From positions 1 to 53,700 of the forward strand of contig JBDHWW010000022.1 of the NCBI GenBank assembly GCA_039810425.1: 53,700 bases of DNA. Reading direction: 5' to 3'. The position numbers and the translations under genes are program-made. This stretch comes from Pseudobdellovibrionaceae bacterium (GTDB lineage Bacteria > Bdellovibrionota > Bdellovibrionia > Bdellovibrionales > Bdellovibrionaceae). The notes below the pieces were generated by a model, which saw only the letters and a list, made by a program, of their open reading frames with translations, had not been told where the DNA came from and did no database searches. This document shows positions 28,724-38,316 of this stretch, piece after piece. Within the stretch, counting starts at the first letter, position 1; each line of letters begins with the position of its first letter.

Positions 28724-29422
28724 ATGTTCTTGGATCAAAAAAGATGGTTTTTGCTACTAGAGGGACAGGTTACCGGGCCGTACACGGATCAAGAGATTGA
28801 CAATCGTATTGATGGGGCCAAAGAGCCTCTCATTTGGGGCCGCGGGCAGTCAGAATGGCTTAACGCCGACAAGTGGCGCTTGGCGATGCAAGCAATTTTT
28901 GCGCAGCAGGCTCTCGAACAACAAAACTCCCGCCAATGGAAGATGAGTGTCGGCGGCAAAGAACTCACACCGATGACAATGGAAGAACTCATTGAGCACC
29001 TCAAAGAATACGCCGACCTCTCACCGGTGCGTATTTGGGCGGAGGGTTTTGACACTTGGAAAGAAGTCTTTCAGGTCCGTAAAATCATGGACGAACTCGG
29101 CATCAGTCGCCGCAGTCATCCGCGCGTCCCGATCATGGGAAGCCTTAAAGGCACCGCGAGCATGGGGGATCTCAATGCGAAAATTATTTCGATCAGCGAA
29201 GGCGGCATTGGCGTGAATAGCGCTAAAGGTCTTCAGATCGGCGAACAATTCCACGCGGTCCTTTCCAGTCCGAATCTGTTTGTGAGTATAAACTGCAATA
29301 TGGAAGTGGTTTATGTGAGTGCCGATGGCTATGCCGGCATGCGCTTTTTAGCACTCCCAAGCGAGGCCCGTTCCGCGATCATTGAGTACGTAAAGAAGTT
29401 CCAACAGGTTGCGACTAAATAA
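28724..29422 (+). CDS. Tandem GYF-like domains plus PilZ domain
   Basis: W...GPY...LIW..GQSEW repeated; RRSHPR and ISISEGG PilZ motifs; GMRF. Confidence 0.82.
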   Translation: MFLDQKRWFLLLEGQVTGPYTDQEIDNRIDGAKEPLIWGRGQSEWLNADKWRLAMQAIFAQQALEQQNSRQWKMSVGGKELTPMTMEELIEHLKEYADLSPVRIWAEGFDTWKEVFQVRKIMDELGISRRSHPRVPIMGSLKGTASMGDLNAKIISISEGGIGVNSAKGLQIGEQFHAVLSSPNLFVSINCNMEVVYVSADGYAGMRFLALPSEARSAIIEYVKKFQQVATK

Positions 29423-30158
29423 AGCCTTGCAGGGCGCCTTTAAAGCCCATGGTGGAATTACGCTTTCCCTTAAAACCTTCATGGGTTTGTACTTCAAACG
29501 AAGCCGCAGCCAAGGCGCGCTTCAAAGTTCCGCGGCTTGCATAAGTTGAAACCACCGCATCTGCCGCTGTCGATTTATTTAGGAAAGCGATAAGAAACTC
29601 TTCACTCCAAAGATCAGGGCTGGTTTTCGCGCTAAAGGCATCAAACAAAAGACAGTGGGCCTTTGCCATAAACTCCGAGTCCGCGGCGAGCGGCCCCTGA
29701 AGACGCCAGGAGTTTTCGATGATTTTACCCGCCAGCAACTTCTTGAGGTCTTTCGGGTCTAAAGACACGTCCTTCAAAACATACTTTAACACTTGATCAT
29801 ACACCGAGCTGATTTCAGGACTTAAACTCCCCTCCCTCAGCCATTGCTTTAAATATTCCCGGAGTTCCGGCACAAGTTCAAAGCTCTCCAGAGTGAAGTT
29901 CAAGTTCCGCCTTAAGAGCGCTTCCCGCGCCACTGTCATTTCGACATAGCCAAGACCTAAACCGACCGAGAGAAAATGCGGCTTAGAAATCTCATGAAAG
30001 GCTTTGTCGATCACTCGACCGTAGATAAGCTCAGTCTCTTCAGCGGCGCCGCCGGAGTGGTGCATACATTCCCCCGGCATGAGTCGCAAGGTAGGACTCC
30101 CGTCCCCCGTAATTTCTACTTCAAAGCCGATCTGACACCAAGTTTGAGCCGTATTCAT
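29415..30158 (-). CDS. Stand-alone MnmC-type (MnmC2/MnmD) tRNA methyltransferase
   Basis: TGDGSPTL, HHSGGA.EE, GLGLG, FDAFS..SPDLWS, GFKGKR. Confidence 0.85.
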   Translation of the reverse strand: MNTAQTWCQIGFEVEITGDGSPTLRLMPGECMHHSGGAAEETELIYGRVIDKAFHEISKPHFLSVGLGLGYVEMTVAREALLRRNLNFTLESFELVPELREYLKQWLREGSLSPEISSVYDQVLKYVLKDVSLDPKDLKKLLAGKIIENSWRLQGPLAADSEFMAKAHCLLFDAFSAKTSPDLWSEEFLIAFLNKSTAADAVVSTYASRGTLKRALAAASFEVQTHEGFKGKRNSTMGFKGALQGFI

Positions 30159-30229
30159 TGCTTTTTGAGTCCTTCATCCCTATAAGAGGTCACGATCGTG
30201 AAGATGCGACAACTGGATTAGGGAATCAA

Positions 30230-31234
30230 ATGGAAAGAGGCTGGAACGGCTTACCGTATAACACAATTGCCGAGCACTATTCAAAGCGCTTTGGCGAAAA
30301 GGTCTACAAGATCCCTGTGAGCGTGGTGGATGACTGCCCAAACCGCCGCGGCCTGAAAGGCATGCAAACCTGCGTGTTCTGCGATGTTTGGGGCTCCGCC
30401 GCCCGTTCTGAGTCTTTAACCATGGAACTGCGTGAACAGATCGAAAAATATCACGCGCACATTTCTAAGAAATATAAAGCCAAAAGCTTCCTTGTCTATT
30501 TCCAGGCCTATACCAATACCTTTACCAAACTAACGGGTTTGCGGGCGAACTTCGAAACGGCTTTGGCTTATGACTACGTGAAAGGCTTCGTCGTCGGCAC
30601 ACGCCCGGATTGCCTATCCAAAGGGGTTTTGGACTTGTGGCAGGAGTTCCATCAAAAATCTTTTGTCGCTGTTGAGCTGGGCGTCCAGAGCTTTTTTAAC
30701 GACCAGTTGGAGTTTCTGCGCCGAGGCCATACCGCAGAGGCCTCGATCGAAGCTGTTCACAAGATTGCGGCGGCGACAGATGTCGACCTTGGTATTCACT
30801 TAATCTTTGGTAATCCGGGAGAAACCGACGAACAGATCGTTCGCACCGCCGACATCGTGAATAAGCTGCCAATCACAAATGTAAAGCTTCACAATCTACA
30901 CGTCCTGAAAAACACACCGCTTGAAGAAATGCACGCCCGCGGAGATTTCACTCCCGTTGAGAGAGATGTGTATTCAAGACGCGTGAAACTTTTTTTGCAG
31001 CATTTAGCCCCGCACATTGCCCTTCATAGGCTTGCGGCCTACTCTTCGCGCTGGGATGAACTCATCGCGCCCCAGTGGACAACAGATAAAATGGGCACCC
31101 ATCAGTACATTATAGATAGTTTGCGTAAAGACCAGGCACATCAGAGCCAGTTGTTCGTTGCCACAGATCCAGAAACCCAGACCTTGATCGAGCAGCTCCG
31201 TAAAAAAAGTTTATCATCGTCTTGTGCGCACTAG
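30230..31234 (+). CDS. TIGR01212 radical SAM protein (YhcC/YtqA/MnmL-like)
   Basis: CPNR...CVFC, YFQAYTNT, GTRPDC, ELGVQS, RGHT, VKLHNLHV; ATG at 30230 preferred. Confidence 0.92.
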   Translation: MERGWNGLPYNTIAEHYSKRFGEKVYKIPVSVVDDCPNRRGLKGMQTCVFCDVWGSAARSESLTMELREQIEKYHAHISKKYKAKSFLVYFQAYTNTFTKLTGLRANFETALAYDYVKGFVVGTRPDCLSKGVLDLWQEFHQKSFVAVELGVQSFFNDQLEFLRRGHTAEASIEAVHKIAAATDVDLGIHLIFGNPGETDEQIVRTADIVNKLPITNVKLHNLHVLKNTPLEEMHARGDFTPVERDVYSRRVKLFLQHLAPHIALHRLAAYSSRWDELIAPQWTTDKMGTHQYIIDSLRKDQAHQSQLFVATDPETQTLIEQLRKKSLSSSCAH

Positions 31235-31274
31235 GGGTAGATTTAAGATCGTGTCAGATCGCTATATCTAGACC
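31228..31274. promoter_or_regulatory. Tandem NrdR-box-like sites 31 bp apart
   Basis: gcaCTAGGGGTAGatt (31228-31243, degenerate) and tcgCTATATCTAGacc (31259-31274). Confidence 0.5.
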
Positions 31275-31524
31275 TTGCGTTAATCCGTTGTTTTTCCGTC
31301 CTTTCAGCTCTTTAGATCACTTTTCGCTATGAAATATGCAAAAAAAAGTGGCTCTTTTCGGCCTGACAGACATGTCAAGAAGATCAAATTTAGTGCTTAA
31401 ATGATAAGCAGCGCTAGAAAGTTTTTGTAAAATTTTTCCTATTTCAGTTTGACTCCATTTCAAAAAATGAAGATTCTTCAAGTGCGAGGAAGATAGGCCA
31501 TATGGATATGGCCACTCTGACAAA

Positions 31525-31540
31525 CCCCTAGATCTAGTGA
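31525..31540. promoter_or_regulatory. NrdR box
   Basis: cccCTAGATCTAGtga compared with consensus acaCwAtATaTwGtgt, upstream of nrdA. Confidence 0.7.
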
Positions 31541-31560
31541 TCCCCCGGCAAAAAGCCAAA

Positions 31561-31725
31561 AGCTTCCGAGGATGACGAAAGTCCAGGAGTCAAAAGAGCA
31601 ACTCTAACTGTTAACAGAAACGTGAACAGGAGGAACCGATTGGAAGAAGCTCTCTTTCTCTGTCGCTAAACTGACGAAGCCCTCTTGATGAAAGTCAAAA
31701 GAGGCGGCGGCGGCAAACAGTGACT
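31561..31725 (+). ncRNA. Candidate structured leader RNA of nrdAB
   Basis: Two GAAA-capped stems and nested helices; no known riboswitch recognised. Confidence 0.4.
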
Positions 31726-31846
31726 AAAGACAACTAGCAAACACTATTAAGTTAGATAAAACATCATTCGGTTTTTACGGAGGGGTAAGAACTGAAGCGG
31801 GATTTTTTTCGCCTGGAAACAGGTCATCCATTGAGGGGACGTTATT

Positions 31847-34273
31847 ATGCTGAATCAGGAGTCCAACGGACAGGGCTATCAATCGAACACCACACCGCAC
31901 ATGATGCGCGTAAAGAAACGTGACGGAACTCTCGAGCCCGTGGACGTGACTAAAATCGTTGAACGCGTAACCCGCTGCTGCCAAGGCCTGGCGCAGGTCG
32001 ATCCACTCCGCGTAGCCACGAAAGCTATTAGCGGTCTTTATGATGGCGCCTCTACAAAAGAACTCGACAACCTTTGCATTCAGACAGCCAGCCTTTTGAT
32101 CGGCGAAGAACCGGAATATTCCCGTTTAGCGGCCCGTCTTCTTTCGACCTATATTGACGAAGAAGTTCGCTCGCAAAAAATCGGCTCTTTTGCCGATGCT
32201 GTAAACCAAGGCTTTGAAAAAGGCCTCATGTCGGGGTCTTTGCACCAATTCGTCGAGGCGAATAAAGCGGCTTTGTGTGCGGCCATTGAGCCTTACCGCA
32301 CGGACCGTTTCGAGTACTTCGGTCTTCGCACGGTTTATGATCGTTATCTTTTGAAAAACCCAACGACTCGCCAGGTGATTGAGACCCCTCAGTACTTCTT
32401 TATGCGAGTGGCTTGCGGGTTGGCACAAAACGTAGATGAAGCCATCGAGTTCTATCGCTTGATCTCTTCTCATGACTACATGGCCTCAACGCCGACCTTG
32501 TTCAACTCCGGAACCCTTCGTCCGCAAATGTCTTCTTGCTATTTGCTCGACTCTCCGGAGGATGACTTGCGGGCAATCTATGATAAATACACAGATATCG
32601 CCCTTCTTTCTAAGTTCGCTGGCGGCATCGGTGTGGCTTTCCACCGCATTCGTTCCCGTGGTTCCCTTATTAAGGGCACAAACGGTCACTCTAACGGCAT
32701 CATTCCTTGGTTGAAAACGATGGACTCGTCTGTGGCCGCGGTCAATCAAGGTGGTAAACGCAAAGGGGCCGCCTGCGTTTACTTGGAAACTTGGCATGCA
32801 GACATCGAGGAGTTCCTCGAGATGCGCGACAACACCGGTGATGAGGCAAAACGCACTCATAATCTTAATTTAGCAAACTGGGTGCCGGATTTATTCATGA
32901 AGCGTGTTGAAACTGACGGCATGTGGTCTTTGTTTGATCCGCACGTAGTTCCCCACTTTACAGATATCTACGGAGATGCCTTCGAAAGAGAGTTCATCGC
33001 CGCGGAAGAAAAGAAAATGTACGTAAAACAAATCAAGGCCCGGGAGTTGTACTCTCGCATGATGAAGACCTTGGCCCAAACCGGTAACGGCTGGATGACC
33101 TGGAAGGATGCTTCTAACCTGAAAGCAAACCAAGTGGGCCAACCCCAGAACGTGATCCATCTTTCAAATCTCTGCACAGAGATCCTGGAAGTGACTTCCA
33201 ATAAAGAAACCGCGGTGTGCAACTTGGGTTCTGTGAACTTGGGCCGGCATATCACAAACGGCGAGTTCGATTTCGAAAAATTGGCAAAAACTGTCCGCAC
33301 GGCTGTGAAGTACTTGGATCGCGTTGTTGATATCAACTTCTACCCCATTGAAACTGCCAAGAACAGCAATCACAAGTGGCGTCCCGTGGGTTTGGGCATC
33401 ATGGGTCTTCAAGATGCGTTCTTCCAATTAAAGCTCCCATTTGACTCAGACAAAGCCCGAGAGTTGTCAGCGCGTATCCAAGAAGAAATCTATTACAATG
33501 CCATGTATGCTTCTTGTGAGTTGGCTGAGAAATACGGCACTCACGGTGCCTACGAGGAAACCCGCGCGGCCAAAGGTCAGTTACAATACGACCTTTGGGG
33601 TGTAACTCCGAGTCAGCCGGAACGCTTCGATAAATTGAAAGAGCGTATTAAAAAACATGGTCTTCGCAACTCTTTGGTGATCGCGATTGCTCCGACGGCA
33701 ACCATTGCCTCTATCGTGGGTTGCTACGAAGCGACGGAGCCTCAGATCAGCAACTTGTTCAAACGTGAGACTTTGTCCGGCGAGTTCATGCAAATTAACC
33801 GTTACTTGGTTTCTGATCTGAAGGCTTTGAATCTTTGGAATGAAGACATCCGTAATGAAATTAAAATGATGGATGGCTCTATCCAGGAAGTGGCGGCAAT
33901 TCCACCACACTTGAAAGAGATCTATAGAAATGTTTGGGAAATCCCTATGAAGGCATTGATTGACATGGGGGCGGATCGCGGTGCTTACATCGATCAGTCA
34001 CAGTCTTTGAACCTCTTCATGGAAAGCCCGACGATCGGCAAGCTTTCTAGCATGTACATGTACGCTTGGAAAAAAGGTCTGAAAACGACTTATTACCTCC
34101 GTTCACGTCCAGCGACCAGCATTGCCAAGACGACGGTAAAGAAAACAACCGCTTCAGGTTCAACAATCACGGAAACTACGATTGTTGAAGCCGCTCCGAA
34201 GAAAGAATACACCGACTCAGAGGTGATTGCGTGCTCTTTGGAAAACCCTGAAGCCTGCGAAGCTTGCCAATAG
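31847..34273 (+). CDS. nrdA: Class I ribonucleotide reductase alpha subunit with ATP cone
   Basis: VKKRDG ATP cone, SSCY, SNLCTEI, KTTYY, terminal CEACQ. Confidence 0.97.
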   Translation: MLNQESNGQGYQSNTTPHMMRVKKRDGTLEPVDVTKIVERVTRCCQGLAQVDPLRVATKAISGLYDGASTKELDNLCIQTASLLIGEEPEYSRLAARLLSTYIDEEVRSQKIGSFADAVNQGFEKGLMSGSLHQFVEANKAALCAAIEPYRTDRFEYFGLRTVYDRYLLKNPTTRQVIETPQYFFMRVACGLAQNVDEAIEFYRLISSHDYMASTPTLFNSGTLRPQMSSCYLLDSPEDDLRAIYDKYTDIALLSKFAGGIGVAFHRIRSRGSLIKGTNGHSNGIIPWLKTMDSSVAAVNQGGKRKGAACVYLETWHADIEEFLEMRDNTGDEAKRTHNLNLANWVPDLFMKRVETDGMWSLFDPHVVPHFTDIYGDAFEREFIAAEEKKMYVKQIKARELYSRMMKTLAQTGNGWMTWKDASNLKANQVGQPQNVIHLSNLCTEILEVTSNKETAVCNLGSVNLGRHITNGEFDFEKLAKTVRTAVKYLDRVVDINFYPIETAKNSNHKWRPVGLGIMGLQDAFFQLKLPFDSDKARELSARIQEEIYYNAMYASCELAEKYGTHGAYEETRAAKGQLQYDLWGVTPSQPERFDKLKERIKKHGLRNSLVIAIAPTATIASIVGCYEATEPQISNLFKRETLSGEFMQINRYLVSDLKALNLWNEDIRNEIKMMDGSIQEVAAIPPHLKEIYRNVWEIPMKALIDMGADRGAYIDQSQSLNLFMESPTIGKLSSMYMYAWKKGLKTTYYLRSRPATSIAKTTVKKTTASGSTITETTIVEAAPKKEYTDSEVIACSLENPEACEACQ

Positions 34274-34295
34274 TGGTGACCGCAGTGGAAGCGGA

Positions 34296-34311
34296 GGGGC
34301 CCTGTGGCCCC
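34296..34311 (+). other. GC-rich intercistronic hairpin
   Basis: GGGGCC-ctgt-GGCCCC with no U-tract. Confidence 0.45.
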
Positions 34312-34345
34312 GGCGCTGAACTTAACAATTTAGAAGGACTTATTT

Positions 34346-35344
34346 ATGTTGCTCGATCCTGGATTTAACCTCACGCTCCGCCCGATGAAATACCCAACCT
34401 TCTACGAAATGTATAAGAATGGGATCAAAAACACTTGGACTGTTGACGAAGTGGACTTCTCGACGGATCTGGTAGACCTTCACTCAAAGATGACTCCGGC
34501 AGAGCGGCACTTGATCTCTCGCTTGGTGGCTTTCTTCGCGACAGGCGATTCTATTGTTGGCAATAACCTTGTTTTGAACTTGTATAAACATGTCAACGCC
34601 CCCGAGGGTCGTATGTACTTGTCCCGTCAGCTTTACGAAGAGGCTTTGCACGTTCAGTTCTATTTGACACTCTTGGATACTTATATTCCAAACCAAGATG
34701 AGCGCGCGGAAGCTTTTGCCGCCATTGAAAACATCCCTTCGATCAAGAAAAAAGCGGATTTCTGCTTCAAGTGGATCGACTCCATCAACGATTTCGACAC
34801 CTTGGAAACTAAAGAAGATCGTCGTAAATTTTTGATGAATATGATTTGCTTTGCAACTTGCGTAGAAGGCCTGTTCTTCTTCGCGGCATTTGCTTACGTA
34901 TATTTCTTGCGTTCAAAAGGCCTTTTGGCGGGTCTGGCCACCGGCACGAACTGGGTTTTCCGCGATGAATCTATGCATATGGCATTCGCATTGGAAGTGA
35001 TCAAGACGGCGCGCAAAGAAGAACCCGACTTGTTCAATGAGCAAATGGAGGACATGGTTGTACAAATGCTTGAAGACGCCATCGATTGTGAGATGGAATT
35101 TGCTCAAGATGTTTTGCAATACGGTCTGGCCGGCATGTCTCCTAAAGACATGCGCCAATATCTGGAGTTTGTGGCGGACCAACGTTTGGAAAGCTTAAAC
35201 ATTGCTCCTCGCTACAACGTGAAGAACCCGTTTGCCTTCATGGAACTTCAGGACATGCAGGAGCTAGCAAATTTCTTCGAAAGAAGAGTCTCTGCTTATC
35301 AAGTGGGAGTTTCCGGAAGCGTGTCTTTCGATGAAACGTTCTAG
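34346..35344 (+). CDS. nrdB: Class Ia ribonucleotide reductase beta subunit
   Basis: GDSIV (Asp ligand), EEALH...Y (radical Tyr), EG, RDESMH, NFFE. Confidence 0.96.
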   Translation: MLLDPGFNLTLRPMKYPTFYEMYKNGIKNTWTVDEVDFSTDLVDLHSKMTPAERHLISRLVAFFATGDSIVGNNLVLNLYKHVNAPEGRMYLSRQLYEEALHVQFYLTLLDTYIPNQDERAEAFAAIENIPSIKKKADFCFKWIDSINDFDTLETKEDRRKFLMNMICFATCVEGLFFFAAFAYVYFLRSKGLLAGLATGTNWVFRDESMHMAFALEVIKTARKEEPDLFNEQMEDMVVQMLEDAIDCEMEFAQDVLQYGLAGMSPKDMRQYLEFVADQRLESLNIAPRYNVKNPFAFMELQDMQELANFFERRVSAYQVGVSGSVSFDETF

Positions 35345-36329
35345 AGAAGTCCTTCTTTGGGCATTTTTTCTCGCATTATGTTTTTGGGCAGGTTACCTGA
35401 AAGGGTACTTGCCCTTAACATTTAAGCAAAATCTATTCACTAAGGGCCCTGTGCGCATTTTAAATGCGACGCCGTTTGATTTACCGTTAGACTTTGTCAA
35501 AGCACTTGAAGAAGATTTTGGTCAGAAACTCGAAATCCAAAGAATTAAAACTTGGGATGAGTTGCAAGCAAAGATGGTCGTTAAAAATGGGCCAAATTTG
35601 ATCCTGGCGCCCGCCTACTGGTCCCAAGATCTCGCAAACGAAAACTTACTTCTTCGTTTGAATCCTCTTCGATCAAAAATTGAAAAACGTCTGTCTCCGG
35701 ATTTTATCTCTCTCCAAGGAAAGAATCTCAATGTTCTTCCACTCTACTGGACGGTGACGGAATTTCGGACCAGTAACGACAGCACTCTCGGTGAGAACCT
35801 CGAACAAGCGCTGACCAGCAAAAGCCTGGCTGAATTGCGCTTGTTTCCGGATACGGACTTGATGGCGGTTCACATCAAAGCCTGGTCGCAAAGCTCCCAA
35901 GGGGGGTCTTTGCAAATTAAAGATATCGGCACCTATCACTTTAACAAGCTTCCCCAAGAAATCGGCAAAAACACCATCTGGGAAGTTCCGCGGATTTTAA
36001 AAATTAAAAACAGCCGGCCCCTTGAAACTCAAAAGAGCAAGGCCTTGGTCATTTACGGCGTGATGATCCCAAAGAACGCCATGAATCGCAAAGTATCTTA
36101 TCATGTGCTTGAACGTTTGCTGGATCAGGACATGGAAGAAATGGTTTTAGCGAAACTACCTCTTGGAAGCACCTTGCAAGCGCAGGAGGGTCCACTCAAA
36201 ATCTCCAAAGAGCAAAGATCTTCTGAACTGCGCGATTTAAAATTACATGAATTAGTGATTCTTGAAAAACGCTGGCCAGACCTATTTCAGGACTATTGGC
36301 AGAAGTACAATTTTATCTCACCAAACTAA
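35331..36329 (+). CDS. Membrane-anchored protein resembling a degenerate PotD/PotF-type solute-binding protein
   Basis: N-terminal TM helix; LDFVKALEEDFG...DELQAKM...LPLYW; overlaps the nrdB stop. Confidence 0.65.
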   Translation: MKRSREVLLWAFFLALCFWAGYLKGYLPLTFKQNLFTKGPVRILNATPFDLPLDFVKALEEDFGQKLEIQRIKTWDELQAKMVVKNGPNLILAPAYWSQDLANENLLLRLNPLRSKIEKRLSPDFISLQGKNLNVLPLYWTVTEFRTSNDSTLGENLEQALTSKSLAELRLFPDTDLMAVHIKAWSQSSQGGSLQIKDIGTYHFNKLPQEIGKNTIWEVPRILKIKNSRPLETQKSKALVIYGVMIPKNAMNRKVSYHVLERLLDQDMEEMVLAKLPLGSTLQAQEGPLKISKEQRSSELRDLKLHELVILEKRWPDLFQDYWQKYNFISPN

Positions 36330-36822
36330 GAATAAGATTGCCGCCGGCAGCATTGGTCACCGGGTTGTTATTTGTATCGTAAGCGATGAGTTCAAGCTTC
36401 ACGGTGTAGATGGCCGCTGTCGGTAAACCACGGATATCAATCGCGACATCGAACTTACCTTTGCGGCAGGCGGGCTGCGTACTGCTGCCGTTAACACTGT
36501 AAGCGGGGGCCGACATCGGTGCATTTCCCGTTTGTTTTACGACCGTCACATTGATTTTGTTACTCGGATAAGTTGAGTACGCGCAGTCGCCGCTGATTTC
36601 AACTTTGGTGTCTGCGGCTGTTGGATAAAGAGAAACAGCACTACCACTGTTCGTCATCTTCAGCCCCGTGGCACTGGCTGCTTGGTTTGCGCAACCATTT
36701 GCAGGACATTTAGAGGTCTCAATGTAGTCACCCATAAGGCTGTTGTTGGGGTATTGATTACACGCCGTCAAGGCAACGGAGCCTAGAGCGAGACATGATA
36801 TCAAAAGAGATTTCAAAGACAT
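36313..36822 (-). CDS. Hypothetical lipoprotein
   Basis: Lipobox LTAC, paired Cys, beta-rich. Confidence 0.8.
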   Translation of the reverse strand: MSLKSLLISCLALGSVALTACNQYPNNSLMGDYIETSKCPANGCANQAASATGLKMTNSGSAVSLYPTAADTKVEISGDCAYSTYPSNKINVTVVKQTGNAPMSAPAYSVNGSSTQPACRKGKFDVAIDIRGLPTAAIYTVKLELIAYDTNNNPVTNAAGGNLILSLVR

Positions 36823-36853
36823 ATAACATCCCCCTGTACTTCATCATATCAAA

Positions 36854-36881
36854 CTATCGGCTTTTCAGAGGCAAGAAATTA
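36854..36881 (-). promoter_or_regulatory. Probable sigma-28 promoter
   Basis: TAAT-N16-GCCGATAG on the minus strand upstream of 36822. Confidence 0.55.
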
Positions 36882-36885
36882 TAAA

Positions 36886-36900
36886 TTCTCAGTCTGAGAC
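36886..36900. promoter_or_regulatory. Palindromic motif, copy 4
   Basis: TTCTCA-GTC-TGAGAC. Confidence 0.6.
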
Positions 36901-36957
36901 GATTTTAAGTCCTGAGGGATGGATTTCGCTGTTTTATACCCGGAGAAGGCCCACTTT

Positions 36958-38316
36958 TTAGAGTTCAGCACCCTCGTCGATATCATCTGCTTCACCCAAG
37001 AAAGGCAACTCTTCGGACTCCACCGCTGCTTCTTCTTCGTCAACCCCGGCCTCAAATTCAGCAATGGCCTGTTGCAACACTGGGTTCGCCGCTTCACCTT
37101 CGACGTTTTCCATCACGCCCAGCACTTCTTCCGCCACAACTGGAGCGGCTTGCCCGGCAGCTAAAGCTTCATCATAACGTTTGAGCCAGTTGACATCACG
37201 AGTGGGAACAGCCTCATCCATTGCTAAGGCTTCCCGGATATTTTGCGCTTTTTCCTGATCGCGCTTCTCACGCTGACGTTGTTTTTCTTTTTCAAAGAAG
37301 TCAGATGAGGTCGTAATCTCTTCAAGCTGCTCCGTGATTTTAGTCAATTCATCTTCACCTTGAGAATAGGAAGTACCGACCGCCTCCCCCATAGAGTCCG
37401 TGATCGTGCTGAGGGATTGTTTTTCTTTTTCTTCCTCTTCGCCGATACCTTCCGGCAAAAGCTCATCGATTTGAGAAAGAGTTGGCAATTCTCTAAGATT
37501 GCGGAGGCCGAATATCTCGAGGAACTTGCGAGTTGTACCATACTGCATGGGACGGCCAGGCAGTTCACTCTTGCCTTCAAAACAGACTAAGTTTTTTTCC
37601 ATCAAAGCACGCAGGAGATGACCAGACTCAACCCCACGGATGACGTCAACCTCTGATTTAACCAGCGGCTGCTTGTACGCCACGATTGCAAGCACTTCAA
37701 GCGCAGGGCCTGAAAGCTTGAATGGGCGAGCTTTCAAGGTCCGGCGCATGAATTCCATGTTGTCGATCTTTGTGCGGAGCTGGTAGCCACCCGGAACTTC
37801 TTCCAAAGTGACGCCACGACGCCCCCCTGCGTATTCAACCGCCAAAACATCCAGAACCCGGCGGATTTTTTTTGAATCAATGTTCGTTCCTTTAAACACA
37901 AGCTTCAAAGAAGCAAGGCTCACGGGACGGTCAGAGGCAAACAAAATACTTTCGATAATAGACTCAAGACGTTCTTCTTCAACGAATTCGACTTCTTCGA
38001 TTTCCGCGGACTCAAAACCATCAAGCTCTGTGCCTTCAACCGAAACACCGTCCACTTCTGAATCCTCAGAAGCAAGCATTTCAGCTTCGTCTTCTTCACT
38101 GACTTCAGGCAAGAAACCAGGGGTTTCTTCTTCTTCCTGCAAGAAGATAGAGACTTCCGTTTCAACGTCAGCTGTCTCTTCAGCAAAGAATTCTTCAGGA
38201 AGGGACTCCCCTTCACTGTTTTTTTCCGCAGTGCTCACCTGATTTTCTTCGCTGAACAAAGAGGCGGACTCAAAAGCCTCTTGCGCCAGATCTTTCACTT
38301 TCTTCTTCTTAGCCAA
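36958..38316 (-). CDS. scpB: SMC-Scp complex subunit ScpB with acidic extensions
   Basis: IESILFAS, GGYQLRT, ALEVLAIVAYKQP, IRGV, GRPMQYGTTRKFL. Confidence 0.95.
   Translation of the reverse strand: MAKKKKVKDLAQEAFESASLFSEENQVSTAEKNSEGESLPEEFFAEETADVETEVSIFLQEEEETPGFLPEVSEEDEAEMLASEDSEVDGVSVEGTELDGFESAEIEEVEFVEEERLESIIESILFASDRPVSLASLKLVFKGTNIDSKKIRRVLDVLAVEYAGGRRGVTLEEVPGGYQLRTKIDNMEFMRRTLKARPFKLSGPALEVLAIVAYKQPLVKSEVDVIRGVESGHLLRALMEKNLVCFEGKSELPGRPMQYGTTRKFLEIFGLRNLRELPTLSQIDELLPEGIGEEEEKEKQSLSTITDSMGEAVGTSYSQGEDELTKITEQLEEITTSSDFFEKEKQRQREKRDQEKAQNIREALAMDEAVPTRDVNWLKRYDEALAAGQAAPVVAEEVLGVMENVEGEAANPVLQQAIAEFEAGVDEEEAAVESEELPFLGEADDIDEGAEL

Noticed and set aside
31671..31704. Hammerhead (CTGACGA...GAAA) or ZTP riboswitch core
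   Set aside because: GAAA is a tetraloop rather than following stem II, no stem III/cleavage site fits, and the ZTP 3' element is missing
31541..31846. Cobalamin riboswitch before nrdAB
   Set aside because: No GGGAA, AACTGT or B12-box elements recognisable
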